NCBI RefSeq assembly: GCF_036971445.1
Contig: NC_091477.1
Coordinates: forward strand, 11,966,001-12,030,000
DNA length: 64,000 nucleotides
Direction of reading: 5' to 3'
Source of the DNA: Narcine bancroftii
Lineage: Eukaryota
In this document: one piece after another, positions 23,600 to 35,704 of the stretch
Position numbering within the stretch: position 1 is the first letter of the stretch
How the letters are laid out: each line of letters starts with the position of its first letter
Translations under genes and position numbers: made by a program
Notes under the pieces: model-generated
Told to the model about the DNA's origin: nothing
Databases searched by the model: none
Seen by the model: only the letters and a program-made list of their open reading frames with translations

Positions 23600-26500
23600 T
23601 GACAGTCAGTGTAAATTTGTTAAGGGAACTTGTCTGTCATACTTGGTGATAATCAGAATGAATGATGAGAGTTCCACATTGGCACTCTCTGTCAGAAGAT
23701 GAGATTGTTCTCATGGAGCATAGAAGCCCTGGTGTAGAAATGACCACTGCACAGTTCCTGTGGAGGTCAAGTTCCATGTACATACTGACAATACTTTCTA
23801 TTGTGTAGTGGGGGCACTACAAATATACTAAATAGGATAGACACAGGGCAGGAGCTCATCTGAGCATCTATTAGGGGCAGTGGACCAGCAGCAGCACACC
23901 ACTACAATCTGTAACCTAAGGGGCCACATTCCTCAGACTCTACCATTACCATCCAGCAGGGAGATCACCCCTGGTTGAATGAGGAGTGCAGTAGGTTATG
24001 TGGAACGATTCACAGTGCCAGCTCATTGAAGCAGGTTCACATGTATGCTAATAGCAGTAAGTGATTGCACAACCAATAGATGAGCTGGAAATTCTGCAGT
24101 TCAGTCATTTCTTGTGAGTTGTGGCGGACAATTGAAGAACTCGTAATGGTAGGAAGAACAAAGAATATCCCCTCTTCAATGGTTGTGGTGCTTCCAACCA
24201 TGTTTTACAGGAGGTGCTGATTGATGATCCATGTTGACTTTCCTCAGAATACCTGCCATCACAAATCACTTTCCATTTCAATTTACTCTCAAGATGTTAA
24301 GAAACTGATGAGAGCACTGAATGCAATAATGTCCAGGGACCAGATAATATTCCAGTTATAATATTGAAGTAAAACCCACTACAAGAGCATGATCTCCCAC
24401 AACTACTTTGACTACACCTCCCACTGGGCTCCTGCAAGGATTCCATCCCTTTCTCCAAATGTTTCCAGCATCTGTTCTCGAGGTCTTCCATTCCCCCTTT
24501 TTCAAGTAACATGACTTCCCTTCTACTGTGGTCAACACAGTCATTTTCTGCATTTCCTTCATCTTGCGGAGTTCCACTCTTAACCTCTTCCCTCCAAAAA
24601 GAACTGGGATAGGGTTCCTCTTGTCCTCATCTTTCATTCCACAAGTCTCCACATTCAACATGACATCCTCTGTCATTTCCTCCAGTTTCAATTAGACCCC
24701 ACAACCAGACACATGTACCTTGATATAGTGGGAGAAATTTAATCTAGTAACTACTATTCATTCAATCTACTCTAAATCATCAACAAAGTGAAGGAAACCA
24801 TTCTCTTCAGTGCTATCATGTGCCACTTATTCATTAATAATGTAGTCACTGATCCCTGGTTTGGACTATATGAGACCACTCTGAATCATATCTCACCAGC
24901 TAATACATCGACCAATAAGATGAATTCTAGAGGTAAAAGTGACCACAAGGCATCATTTGACCAAGTGTGGTATTACAGCATCTTGATAAAACTCCAGGCA
25001 ATGGACACCAAAGAGTAAAGATTCTAGTGGATGGAATGAAACCACACCTTGAATAAGGAAGATGGTTGCAATTCTCAAAGGTTGATAATCCCAGACCCTG
25101 GACAACACTGCAGAAGTTCCTCATGGCAGTATTCTAAGCCCATTCATCTTCACTTGCTTCGCCAATGGCTTTCCTTCATCACATCACCTGAAGTTGGGAT
25201 TTTTCATGATGTTCAATTTCACCCTGCCAATGAGTGTGGCCTGAAAATACCCTGGTAAAACTGAAGGGGTGTATACTCAATTAATTTCAGTTTACTAGAG
25301 TGTCTTAATGTCACATACAATCAAATGCCAAAGACTGTCACTCTCAGCAGCCCATGCAATAAGACCTAGATAATACTCAAGTGTGGTCTGCTTGGTGGTA
25401 AGTGACCCACTGTAAAGTGCTAGGTAATAACAATCTCCAGCAAAACTGTTCATAACTATTGTCCTTGAAATTCATAGGCATTACCATTATGAAGCCCTAA
25501 ACATCAATATTCTGAGAGATACCCTTGAGCAGAAATTCCATTAGTCCAGCACATGAATACCACAAGAGCAAGTCAGATGCTGGTATCCTGTAACAATTGA
25601 CTCATCTCCTGAGACTCTTAAAATATTTCCTTATCTCTCTGTGGCACAAACTCGGAGTGTGATGGAACCTCTCTCCTCTTGCCTGGATGAGTGCAGCTCC
25701 AAAGAGCTCAATTTCCTCCAGGATAAAGCAGCCCCACATCCATCATCATAGCAAGTCATTCATAGATTCAAAGAATGGTTGCAACAAAGAATGAGGTAAT
25801 TTGACCCATAAGGTCTGTGACACACCTGTTATGGAGCATTCACAATCTGGCCCTTTCCTTGATGTAACTTTTTTAAATTATTCACCACTAATTGGTTCAA
25901 TTCTCTCTTGAAGGCCACAGTGGGACCTCCCCCAACTACTGGTATTTATTTTTACAGATTCTCAACATGTGCTGCTTAGAAGAAAAAAATATTGCTATAA
26001 TTTCCTTCTTCCCCTTTATTTAGTACCTGTTATCTTCATTCCACCAAAAGAAAGAACCTCCTTATCTATCCAGACCCCTCATCATTTTATGTACTTCCAT
26101 CAAGTCACCCCTCAGCTGCCTCTTCAAGGAAGGCAGTCCTATGCTCTCCCATCTATCCTTGTCACTGCAATCCTTGTCACTGCAACCCTCATCCCAGGAG
26201 GTCCTCTCTCCTGCCTTCACATCTCTCCTGTAACATGCCAACCAGAAACAAAAACAATATTCCTCCTGAGGATGGAATGGTGCTTTATAAAGGTTCAGAA
26301 TAACTTGTCTGCCTGTATACTCTTTATTTCCATTGATGAAGTGCAGAAAGGACTTCTTAACTGCTTTCTAACACCTTCAATAATTATGCATGCATAACCA
26401 TCAGATGCCTCCACTTATGCACACTTTTTGCGACTATATCCTTTATATTTTCCTCTATATGATTTCAACCAACATGCATTGTCCATATTTCACTTAATCT

Positions 26501-27010
26501 TCCATGCATTTGCCATTCCACCAGCCTGCAACTTATCCTCTTTGCAATTTTCAATATTGCCAGTTGTGGCTTCTACCCCTGAACATTAACATAGCAATGT
26601 TATTGGCACCAAGCCCTGAAAAACTGACAAATCACCTTCCTTTAGTTTGAAACACGAGCATGTATCGCCTTGCCACTTGGCCCACCTCATGACTGTGCAG
26701 TCCATGTCCCCTTTCCCTTCATTAGCATTGCATTGTGGCTACAGTGCAGTTATTTGTTTAACATAACCTCTAAAACCTACCACCTCCAAAGGCAGCAAGT
26801 GTATGCAAACAACACCATCTGTAGGCTCCCTCCTAAGTTACAGCCCATCCTGTCTTGGAAGTAGCATTGCTGGGTCTAACTCCAGGAAGCCTCCAACAGC
26901 TCTGAGGGAATACCTTTTTTAGCAGGACTGCAGTGGCTCACCTTCTCAACCACAGTTAGGGATGGGCAATAATGCTGGCCTTGCCAGCAACACTAGATTC
27001 CAGATATGAA
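23600..27010 (+). mobile_element. Old CR1/L2-type LINE with a nested Penelope fragment (~24390-24720) and an antisense CR1 fragment (~25770-26530)
   Basis: Degenerate PWLN, KASFDQVW and WQV motifs and a AGGGATGGGCAATAATGCTGGCCTTGCCAG tail. Penelope-like DYTS..CKDSIPFS segment. Boundaries approximate. Confidence 0.55.
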
Positions 27011-28094
27011 GATCTATAATGGTTCATGTTGTCCCACATAGCAGATTGATCAGGAAAATGGCCATGGGATACATAGGAAATTGGCAAGTCAATTTAAATA
27101 AAAATGACTCAAGGGAGTGGGGGGGGGGGGGGGGTGGGGGTAAGAATCAAAGGTCACTTGTCAGAGAATTAAGAGCCCACAGGTTACATGGTATAGTGAT
27201 CAGGGCTTAGTTCCAAGTCCTTTGGTTTTTGTGGTAGATGCTGTTTATATGAACGTGAATAAGGAGTTTCATTATACCAAATGTAATTACATGGTTGATA
27301 ATAAGGAAGGAAGTCCTGGGTCATTGAAAGATTTTAATAGATTTATTAGATGAATAGAAAAGGAAAATAGAAATCTGCCTGGAGAAGTGTGAGGTAACAC
27401 AATTGAATGGAGAGATTACACAGTAACTTAGTAATGCAACTGTGAGAGATGGATTAGGTAGTTACAATGGCAGATGCAATGTTTATGTTTATTGGCTCTC
27501 ACAACATTGAGAAGCAGGGAGGCCATGCTAGGAGTGCACTAATAACTAGGGAGTCCACTAGATGAGTACCTCTTACACTGCTGGACACAGGACATTGATG
27601 AGAATGTTGTGAAAGCTGGAGAGTTGTAGTTTCTCAGAGAAATTGGCTAGATTAGGTGTCTGGACCTCGCTGCCTAAAAGTTTGATGAAGACAGAAATAT
27701 GTTTATTAAGTTCTTGTCTGTAAACATTAGGGATAATACTTTCTTTGTGATGGAATGGAGGTGGGGCAAGAAAATCATTTGTGTGCTGTAGATTTCTGTT
27801 TCTGCCAAAAGATTTTTCATGGTTTACAAAGACCTTCTTGAGTTGTTTGCATTTACTCTTTCTAGTTACAAAGGCAATTCTATACATTTCCTTAGCTGCT
27901 TTTTTGGGTTGAGGTACTGCTTGACTCGCTTAGTTAGTCCAGCAGATGATTTTTGTTTTGTTCACTACATCTTTTTACTGCAAACTACGCTATAGACAAT
28001 CCATTTCTGTCTATATTCTAAATATGTGGAAGGGCAGTGCTACAGTTTGCTATGGATTTTGCAGATAAAGTTCAAAATTCTATCATCACTGATT

Positions 28095-29240
28095 CAAAAT
28101 TCAATTTATTGTCATTGTAATAAAATAGTGTCACATTACAGGAAATTGGTTTTGCCTGCTGTAAGTGTAAGGTAAAACATCATGAGATGGGAATGTGTAA
28201 GGAGTTACCCTGTGCAGGGCTGTAACAAGATGTGAATGCATCCTTGTACTTACAAGATAAGAGAGACATTGATGGATTGAGAGGCAGGAAGCTAGCAGGG
28301 AAAGGATAGCAACAGTTTTAGTCATTGGACAAGTAATGATATGATGATGTTCTAAGCACGTATCCAAGGGTATAAAAAAATCACCATTTTGCTGATAACG
28401 GCAGAATGCATTCTCCGACTAACATTGTTAGTTGCAAGTGTTACAATCCGGTAATAAAGAACAAAGAACCCTGATTTCGACTCAGTCTGGTGTTTGTCTC
28501 ACTCATTCATGAACAAAGCAGACCTAACATAAGGCAGACAGACTCGCCATCAGCAGAAATTAACTGAAGCACCTCCTACAATTAGAGAAAGAGAGCCCTC
28601 CCAGAGTCACCAAGTTTCCATAGATTTGCCTTCAGCACTTCCACAGCCACATACAGTCCAGTCCAAACCATAGGCAACCCGAGCTCCAGATCCAAACCTC
28701 CGGCATGGTCAGGAACTCTTCAGCACCTTCGGCACTCCCTCGCATCCCGGTTCCTATACCTGGTACCCCTTCAGCTAGTTTTTAGCCAGTCTCCAGCAGC
28801 CCTGACCGCAGTCTCCAGCAGCCTGCAGCCTCCACGGGTTCCTCGCCTCGAGTCTCCAGCAGCCTGCCAAATGCACGGGTCTTTCAGCCACAGAGCCCCC
28901 CTCGCTGGCCCCGTGGGTTGTCACCCTGCTTCTCCTTCTCAGACGGGGGATTGGTGTTCCCGTTTTCTGATGCCCTGCTCCAGTCCTCCGCTGCCCTGGA
29001 GTCCGCAACCCCTTGCAGCTGCTGCCGATCGGAGGCGCCACCCTCTTGGGTGCAGAGTTGCGGTTTTTAAAATAAAACCACTGTTGTCTCCTTTAACGGG
29101 CTTTTCAAAGCCCGTGTGGAGCTGACAACAATTGGCTGGGCGGTTGGACGCCATGGGAGGACTGTATCTCCACTCCTCGCTCCCCGTGGGTTCGTACCAG
29201 CACTGCTGACATAGTGGCTCTTGCAGCGCTGCCATTGTTT
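28095..29240 (-). mobile_element. Non-autonomous retroelement with GC-rich body and Rex1-like tail
   Basis: Homologous to 62690-63180 on the plus strand (GCTGCTGGAGACT repeats; TGACAATAAA..TTGAAT tail). Interrupted by a solo LTR. Confidence 0.65.
28166..28529 (+). mobile_element. Solo LTR (Gypsy-like), 364 bp
   Basis: Termini TGTAAGGT...ACCTAACA; 4-bp TSD TAAG at 28162-28165 and 28530-28533; internal TATAAAA and AATAAA. The empty site is visible in the homologous host element near 63105. Confidence 0.88.
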
Positions 29241-30344
29241 CATGAAAATTTTCATTTCCAGTTGGTAGCAGCAGTTATTTGAAATTGGAGAAAGATTGAC
29301 TGATTAAAAAATGGATAGTTAGCCTTGAACTCATTAGAATACCAGCTGCCTTATCACTTGAGGGGCTCTCTAACGTCCTAACATAGCAATTGGATAATTC
29401 CTTTGATACTCTTCATAAGTAGTAGGGGTAGTGAATCCCGTTACGAGCCACAGTTAATTAAGTCAATTGAGTGCAAGACCAAAATGCCTTGTGACTAATA
29501 TGGATAAAATTTCTCCAATGTACGTGTGTATTGCTGGAGGATCGGCCAAATATCCATAAGACCATGACAAGCAGAGTATTAAGATGATTTTTAAAAAAAT
29601 GCAAAGAGATATCTTAGTGGATGAATAACACATGTATGAATAATAGGATTTGGAAAGTTGTACAAAACTGCAAACAAATCTATTCATCTGCAATGTATAG
29701 GCTATGATATGAAATAATAATTTAGGCCTATCAAATTAAAATATCTGATGCTACTTGGCTGCAATACGTTGGAACAATAATCAACAAATGACACTTTTGA
29801 ATTTTGATTTCAAAAAGGCCCTTTCAAGCCTTTATTGGGGTTTATCTCAGGTGGCTAATAAAGAATTGTAGTTTCCACTTGGCAATAAATTATCACTAAG
29901 ATTATTGACAAGACAAAATTACCCCATTCTCAATCTGTTCTCTGTTTCAATGTTGAATATTGATTGTTGTACCAAATGTCATCGATTTGAATGGTATCTT
30001 GTTAGCACTGCTGAATCATATTGTCTCGTGCACTGCCAGACTGAGACCAGTCGCAAGATGGAGGAGCAACATCTCACCTTCTGTCTGGACCTCATTGTCC
30101 ACATTGACTTGAAGAAGGCCTCAGGCCTGAAGTGTCGGTCATGTACCTTTACCTCCCATTGGTGCTGTTCCTCTAGCATTTCTTTGTGTTTTTTACTGCA
30201 ATCACCATATCTGCAGACTTCTCAGCTTCACTCCTCGGGTATATTTTAAACCACTATCATTAAAGTTGGGGTAGATGCAGACATAAACGGGACCCAGTGA
30301 GCATGCATTTATCCTCGGCATAACTATTCCTAGATTATTTGATA

Positions 30345-31617
30345 ACTGGACCACAAAGATTTTGTTTCCTGAACACTTTTGGGTGTATTTTATGGATTTT
30401 GAGATGCTGATCATGAAAATCACCTCAAAGCTTAAAATATATTTTTGTGATTTACTGTCCTATTTAAGTCTACTAGTACATTGCCCACAAAGCAAGCTGT
30501 TTTGGTCCGTCATGACACAGCCTGCCTGTGTATGCACTCAGTGCAGGTTTGAAGATCTGCTCAAGAGGCTGGAGAAAATGGCAAAGAAGGCATTTAAAGA
30601 TGTTGTTGATAATTTTCTTGGTAACCATGAGAGCACCAAACTCACAACATGCTTCAAGCATACAAAACCAAAAACATTGAAAATTCATTTTCTGTATTTG
30701 CATTTGGACTTCTTCCCTGTTGATCTTGGTGCAGTCAATGACGAACATATGAAAGATTTCACCAGGCCATTAACTATGGAAAAGTGGACTCCATCAATAC
30801 TGGCTGACTATTGTTGGGCCCTGACATGAGAGGCATGAGATGCTGAGTACAAATGAAAATCTGCAGCAAAACATTTTTAGGTCAGTTGAACTAATGTGAC
30901 GTGTCAGTGTTATTATGTGATTTTCAGCAATCTCCTTTGAAGAAGACCGCGGAGCCCACCTCAGTGACAAAAGACAAAGAAGAGGTACAAGGACTAGTTA
31001 AAGAAATCTGCCTGCCACATTGACCACCGCCAGTGGGCTGATATCGCCTCCAACCGTGCATCTTGGCGCCTCACAGTTCGGCGGGCAGCAACCTCCTTTG
31101 AAGAAGACCGCAGAGCCCACCTCACTGACAAAAGACAAAGAAGAGATACAAGGACTATTTAAAGAAATCTGCCTGCCACATTGACCACCGCCAATGGGCT
31201 GATATCGCCTCCAACCGTGCATCTTGGCGCCTCACAGTTCGGCGGGCAGCAACCTCCTTTGAAGAAGACCGCAGAGCCCACCTCACTGACAAAAGACAAA
31301 GGAGGAAAAACCCAACACCCAACTCCAACCAACCAATTTTCCCTTGCAACTGCTGCAACTGTGCCTGCCTGTCCCGCATCGGACTTGTCAGTCACCAACG
31401 AGCCTGCAGTAGACGTCGACACACCCCTGCATAAATCTTCGTCCGCGAAGCCAAGCCAAAGAACTTCAATAAAAGTTAATTTAATGTTTCTCCAACTTCC
31501 TACATGATGCAACAAATCTGAAATTATCTTGGTGTTCAGATTGAAGTTGTTTACCATAATCCCCAATTTTTTTTTCAAGAAGCAAACCTTTTGGGAAAAA
31601 AATATTGTTGTCCAGTG
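30345..31617 (+). mobile_element. Internally deleted Chapaev3-like DNA transposon
   Basis: Transposase C-terminal remnant LKIHFLYLHLDFFPVDLGAVNDEH..ILADYCW; ends ACTGGACCACAAAG / TTGTTGTCCAGTG followed by TAA; homologous to 55768-56219. Confidence 0.72.
30925..31463 (+). mobile_element. RTE 3' fragment with an internal 161-bp tandem reiteration, nested in the Chapaev3-like element
   Basis: CAGCAA.CTCCTTTGAAGAAGACCGC recurs at 30925, 31086 and 31247; normal RTE tail at the 3' end. Confidence 0.92.
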
Positions 31618-32289
31618 TAATTAATCCGAATGCAAAAGATGGGGTTCATGGCCCATATTGTACTAAGAATATAGATCAAGCCCACCAAAGAGAATTTGTA
31701 AGGTTAGGCAGAAATAAAACCGGTTCCACTCTGGTTATAATTTCAGGATTACTCCTTGTGGCACATTTGCTACTCAGCACTGTCAACACTGACTGCTAAG
31801 TTCACAAACTAGGTGAAATGTTAGACAGATCAATATTGACAGAGTATTAATCATTATGATTTTTATTATTATCACCTAAATATGTTGGCCAACGGGCTGT
31901 AGATAAATATACTCCATTTTATGGTAACCCACCCAGTTTACGAAAGCCAATTTGGTCCATGAATGTTTTTCTTACCCACTTGAATACCTGAGAGTTCATG
32001 TTGGTTGCAAATAAACTTTTGCTAAGATGAATTGAGGATTACATCCAAGTATAAACACAAGAAACTTGTTCAATCTAGACTTTTTGAGTTTAAAAAAAAA
32101 AATTATTATAGGGCTTTTAAAAAAAGGTAAATTGACTTGTCACAAAGACTTGAAGCTACTAAGTATGAGGGAAGACTTGAAAGGAAAAGGGAGTACAAAT
32201 AATAGTCTTAATGGAATTGAAGTAGCTCAGTGGTTCAGCAAAGACCAGGAGAGAAATGGCAATGAGGGGCAGAGATAAGTATTTCTATG

Positions 32290-34040
32290 GCCACAAGCAA
32301 GACTCCAGGATGAGGCATGGTTGGCGAAGGAGTTAGCAGAATGCTTTAAAAGCACTGATGATTGGGACTGGGGTTCGAATTGCATGCTATCTGTAAGGTG
32401 TTTATATGTTCTCTCTGTGTCCTCCCACCATTCAAAACATACCAGGGGTGTAGATTAATTAGGTATAAATTGAGCAGCATGGGGTAGTGGGTTGAAATTG
32501 CCTGTTACCGTGCTGTATGTCTAAATTTAAAAAAATAGTTTAAATGTTGTATTGCCTCCCAAGTGCCAGGGACAGAAATATCTCTAAGAGGGCATGGAAC
32601 ATTTTTAAAGGGAATGATGAGCAGCCAGAGGTTATGGTTCATATTGTACTAAGAATATAGATCAAGCCCACCAAAGAGAATCTGTGGTGTTAGGCAGAAA
32701 ATTGAGAATAAAACAGGTACCACTCTGGTTATAATTTCAGGATTACTCCTTGTGCCACATGCTAACAAGGGAAGATGTAGGAAGATAGTATAGACTAAGG
32801 ATAACTTCATATACATGGATCATGGGACTCTCTGAAAGTGTAGGTGGGTCATGCACAAGAAAGGTGGGCTGCATGCAAAGTGGAGGACACACATCCTCAC
32901 AGGGAGGTTTGCTAATGCTATCCAGCGAGGTTTGAGCAAATCTGGCAGGGGTGGAAACCAGGACAATCAGTCAGCAAGGAGAAGGTGTAGAATGGAAGGT
33001 AGAGGTTGTGTCATGTAAGTTTGAAAGGAAGGCACGACCAGAGTAGTGAACTAGATGGGCTGAAGTGCACTTTTTTTCAATGGAAGGAGTAAATCAGGTA
33101 AGACAAATGAACTTGGGCCTTGGATTAGTGCATAGAACTGTAGCCAGTACCAACACTTGTTTGAGGGAGGAGCAGAATGGTAGGTCTTGGGTGGTACTGA
33201 TGCAAGAGGAATTGCACTACCGATCAGGGAGAATGTCATAACAACATTTGGAGAGGACATCCTGGAGTGTTCATCCAGTGAGGCAAAATGGGTAGAACTC
33301 TGGAACATGAAAAGCACAATATGTATGATAGGCTTTCATTATTAGCCTCCCTATAGCCCGCACTAGATAGAGGAATAGATATGTCGGCAACTTAGCATTC
33401 ACAAAGCTACCCCCTCTCCCAATCAATTCTCACCTTTCCTCTACTGTCCTCTGATCCAATTCTCACCTTTTGTCTGTTAGTCTGTGCTCCTCCCCCTGCC
33501 CTTTCTTTCCTTCTCCCACAGCCTTTTTATTCAGGTGCCTGCCTGTACCTTTAAGAAGGGTGTATATCCAAAATGTTTGCTATATATCTTTATCTCCTGT
33601 GGAATCTGTGAGACCTGCTATGTTCCTCCAGCATTTTTTTTTAAACTACCCTCACAGCATCCGTAGGCCTTCGTGTTCCACCCTGTAGGTAGATGTGAAA
33701 TTGCAACAGGATTGTTGTAGTGGGTGAGTCTAATTTCCCGAGTATTAACTGGGAGTTCTTTGTTGGGTACATCCAGAAACAGTATATTAATATTTCAACC
33801 AATAAATATTGGGAAATATTATTTTAGCGGGAGAGCATTTTGGGAACAGCAATCATAATTCTGTAAATTTTCATATAGTTACAGATAAGAAGACTGAATA
33901 CTGATGAAGATGGGGGAAGGCGAATTATAACAGCAATAAACTGGAGCTTAGGGAAGTAGATGGGGAGCTGTTGTTCTTGGGCAAGTCCACATTTGATGTG
34001 GGAGTCATTTAAAGAGCAGCTGGTCAGAATTCAAGACCGC
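32290..34040 (+). mobile_element. Decayed CR1 5' portion (ORF1 esterase-like and endonuclease) with a nested V-SINE (~32313-32535) and a Penelope-like end (~33390-33690)
   Basis: Degenerate DSRM..CLP, EQPEVMVH, VIISGLL and VVGESNFP motifs. Confidence 0.6.
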
Positions 34041-34050
34041 CATTCTATAT

Positions 34051-34278
34051 GTTGCAGCACCTAATAGCCTGAATACACCTGAGGTTGTCTGATTTCTGAG
34101 CTAAGCAGGTCAGTACTTGGAGGGGAGACTGCATGGGAGCACCAGGCGCTGTAGATTTCTGTGGGGGGTGCTGGACAAAATGGTGCCTCTCTGCCTGTCT
34201 TGTGGTAGACAGAGATGAAGAACTTCATGTATGTTACATTCTAAATGTAGTGTTATGTGACAATAATGGAACCTTTAA
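34051..34278 (+). mobile_element. 5S rRNA-headed SINE (SINE3-type)
   Basis: 34051-34154 aligns to vertebrate 5S rRNA (CCTGAA..GTCTGAT..AGCTAAGCAGG..AGTACTTGGA.GGGAGAC.GC.TGGGA..ACC.GG.GCTGTAG), followed by a ~125-bp body/tail shared with 46061-46192. Confidence 0.85.
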
Positions 34279-35704
34279 CAATATAGGTTTTCTGGGTGGG
34301 GTGCGTGTACATGTATGTTGGGGATAAAAGCTTCACATCTTCCTATCCATTTATAATAATTACATGCGAACAATTGAGAGTGAACACTTCCTGCACATAT
34401 TGCATAATGCATAAAACTGTAACCCTATATATATAATAAAAAAAAGGTTTATGCCTCTAATATGCTTAGTAAATAGAGTGATTATTTCCCCTTAGAAATT
34501 ATGAACTACACTGTAATGCTAGGTGGGGCTAATTTAAGCTGTTGTTACATTCAATATAGCCTTTAATGTTTCAGTACATTCTCTCAAATGTCTACTCATC
34601 CACCAGGAAATGAGTGCTTGAAACTTTCTGGGGACAGAAAGAACATTGCCAGTGTAAAAACAAGACATCTTGGATTTATGGTAAATCCTGAGTCCCTGAG
34701 AGGTGTACCTGTTTCCATCTGTGTTTCTTTAATTATGGTTGAAATGTGTGACTATTGGAATTCATCAAACATCATTTACTTCTGCATAATGAATAGAGCA
34801 TTCATATTTTGCATGCTGTAAAATTCATTCCTGCAGAATGATTAAAAAGGTACAAGCTCTGACATTTCTATAAAGACCGAGGCTTTTTTAATTTGTTGCT
34901 GGAAGCCTCAATATTATTGCTAATTTACAAATATTTGTGATGTGTCACTGCAATTGCTGAAGTACATTTTTATTTACAGCCAATATCCTGCACCTGATAC
35001 CTATCAGTTCAACTGAAAACAGACTTCAATATTGGTGTGATTTATTCCCTAATATAAAATTTGGGTACTTTTTAAAAAGAATTTCTCGCTGCCTTCATCT
35101 GCATTGTTATTCACTAAATCAGGGTGTGTGTAAAATTCCTGCCCTTGAGTTTGTGACTTGATGAACTTTGTTTTTGATGGATTAATTTTGGGGTCTGGAA
35201 ATCTCTGGCAAGGGGAGCATTTATTGAACATCCCCAAATTGCGCTTGAGAAGGTGGTAGTAAACCTGTGTGGTTCTGGAGAAGATGCACCGTTAGTCATG
35301 TTAGAGGGGCAGCGCAAGAAAAGTAGAAAATAACTCTTGGCTCAAGAAATCCACAGCTGAGTTGATTTTTTTTCTCTCCTGACGTCGAACATTACAGGCC
35401 CTTCAGCCTGCAATGTTGTGCCGATCTTTATAAAACTTCCCAGTAACAATCTAACCCTTCCCTCCCTCAGTGCGCATAAACCTCTATTTTTCTTGCATCC
35501 GTGTGGTATCTTTTAAATGCCTATATTGTACCAGCTTCCATCACCAACTATGGCAATGTATTCCAGGCACCCACCACTCTGTGCATATTTAAAAAAAAAA
35601 TACACACCTCTGATGTCTCCTCCAAACATTCCTCCACTCACCTTAAACAGATGTCCATTAGTATTGGCCATTATCACCCAAGGCAAATGATGCTGCCTGT
35701 GGAC

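Noticed and set aside
27115-27140. Poly-G runs here and near 5870, 10370, 47349
   Set aside because: Simple homopolymers with no further structure.
34051-34154. Functional 5S rRNA gene
   Set aside because: Internal deletion, many substitutions, not in a tandem array, and fused to a SINE body.
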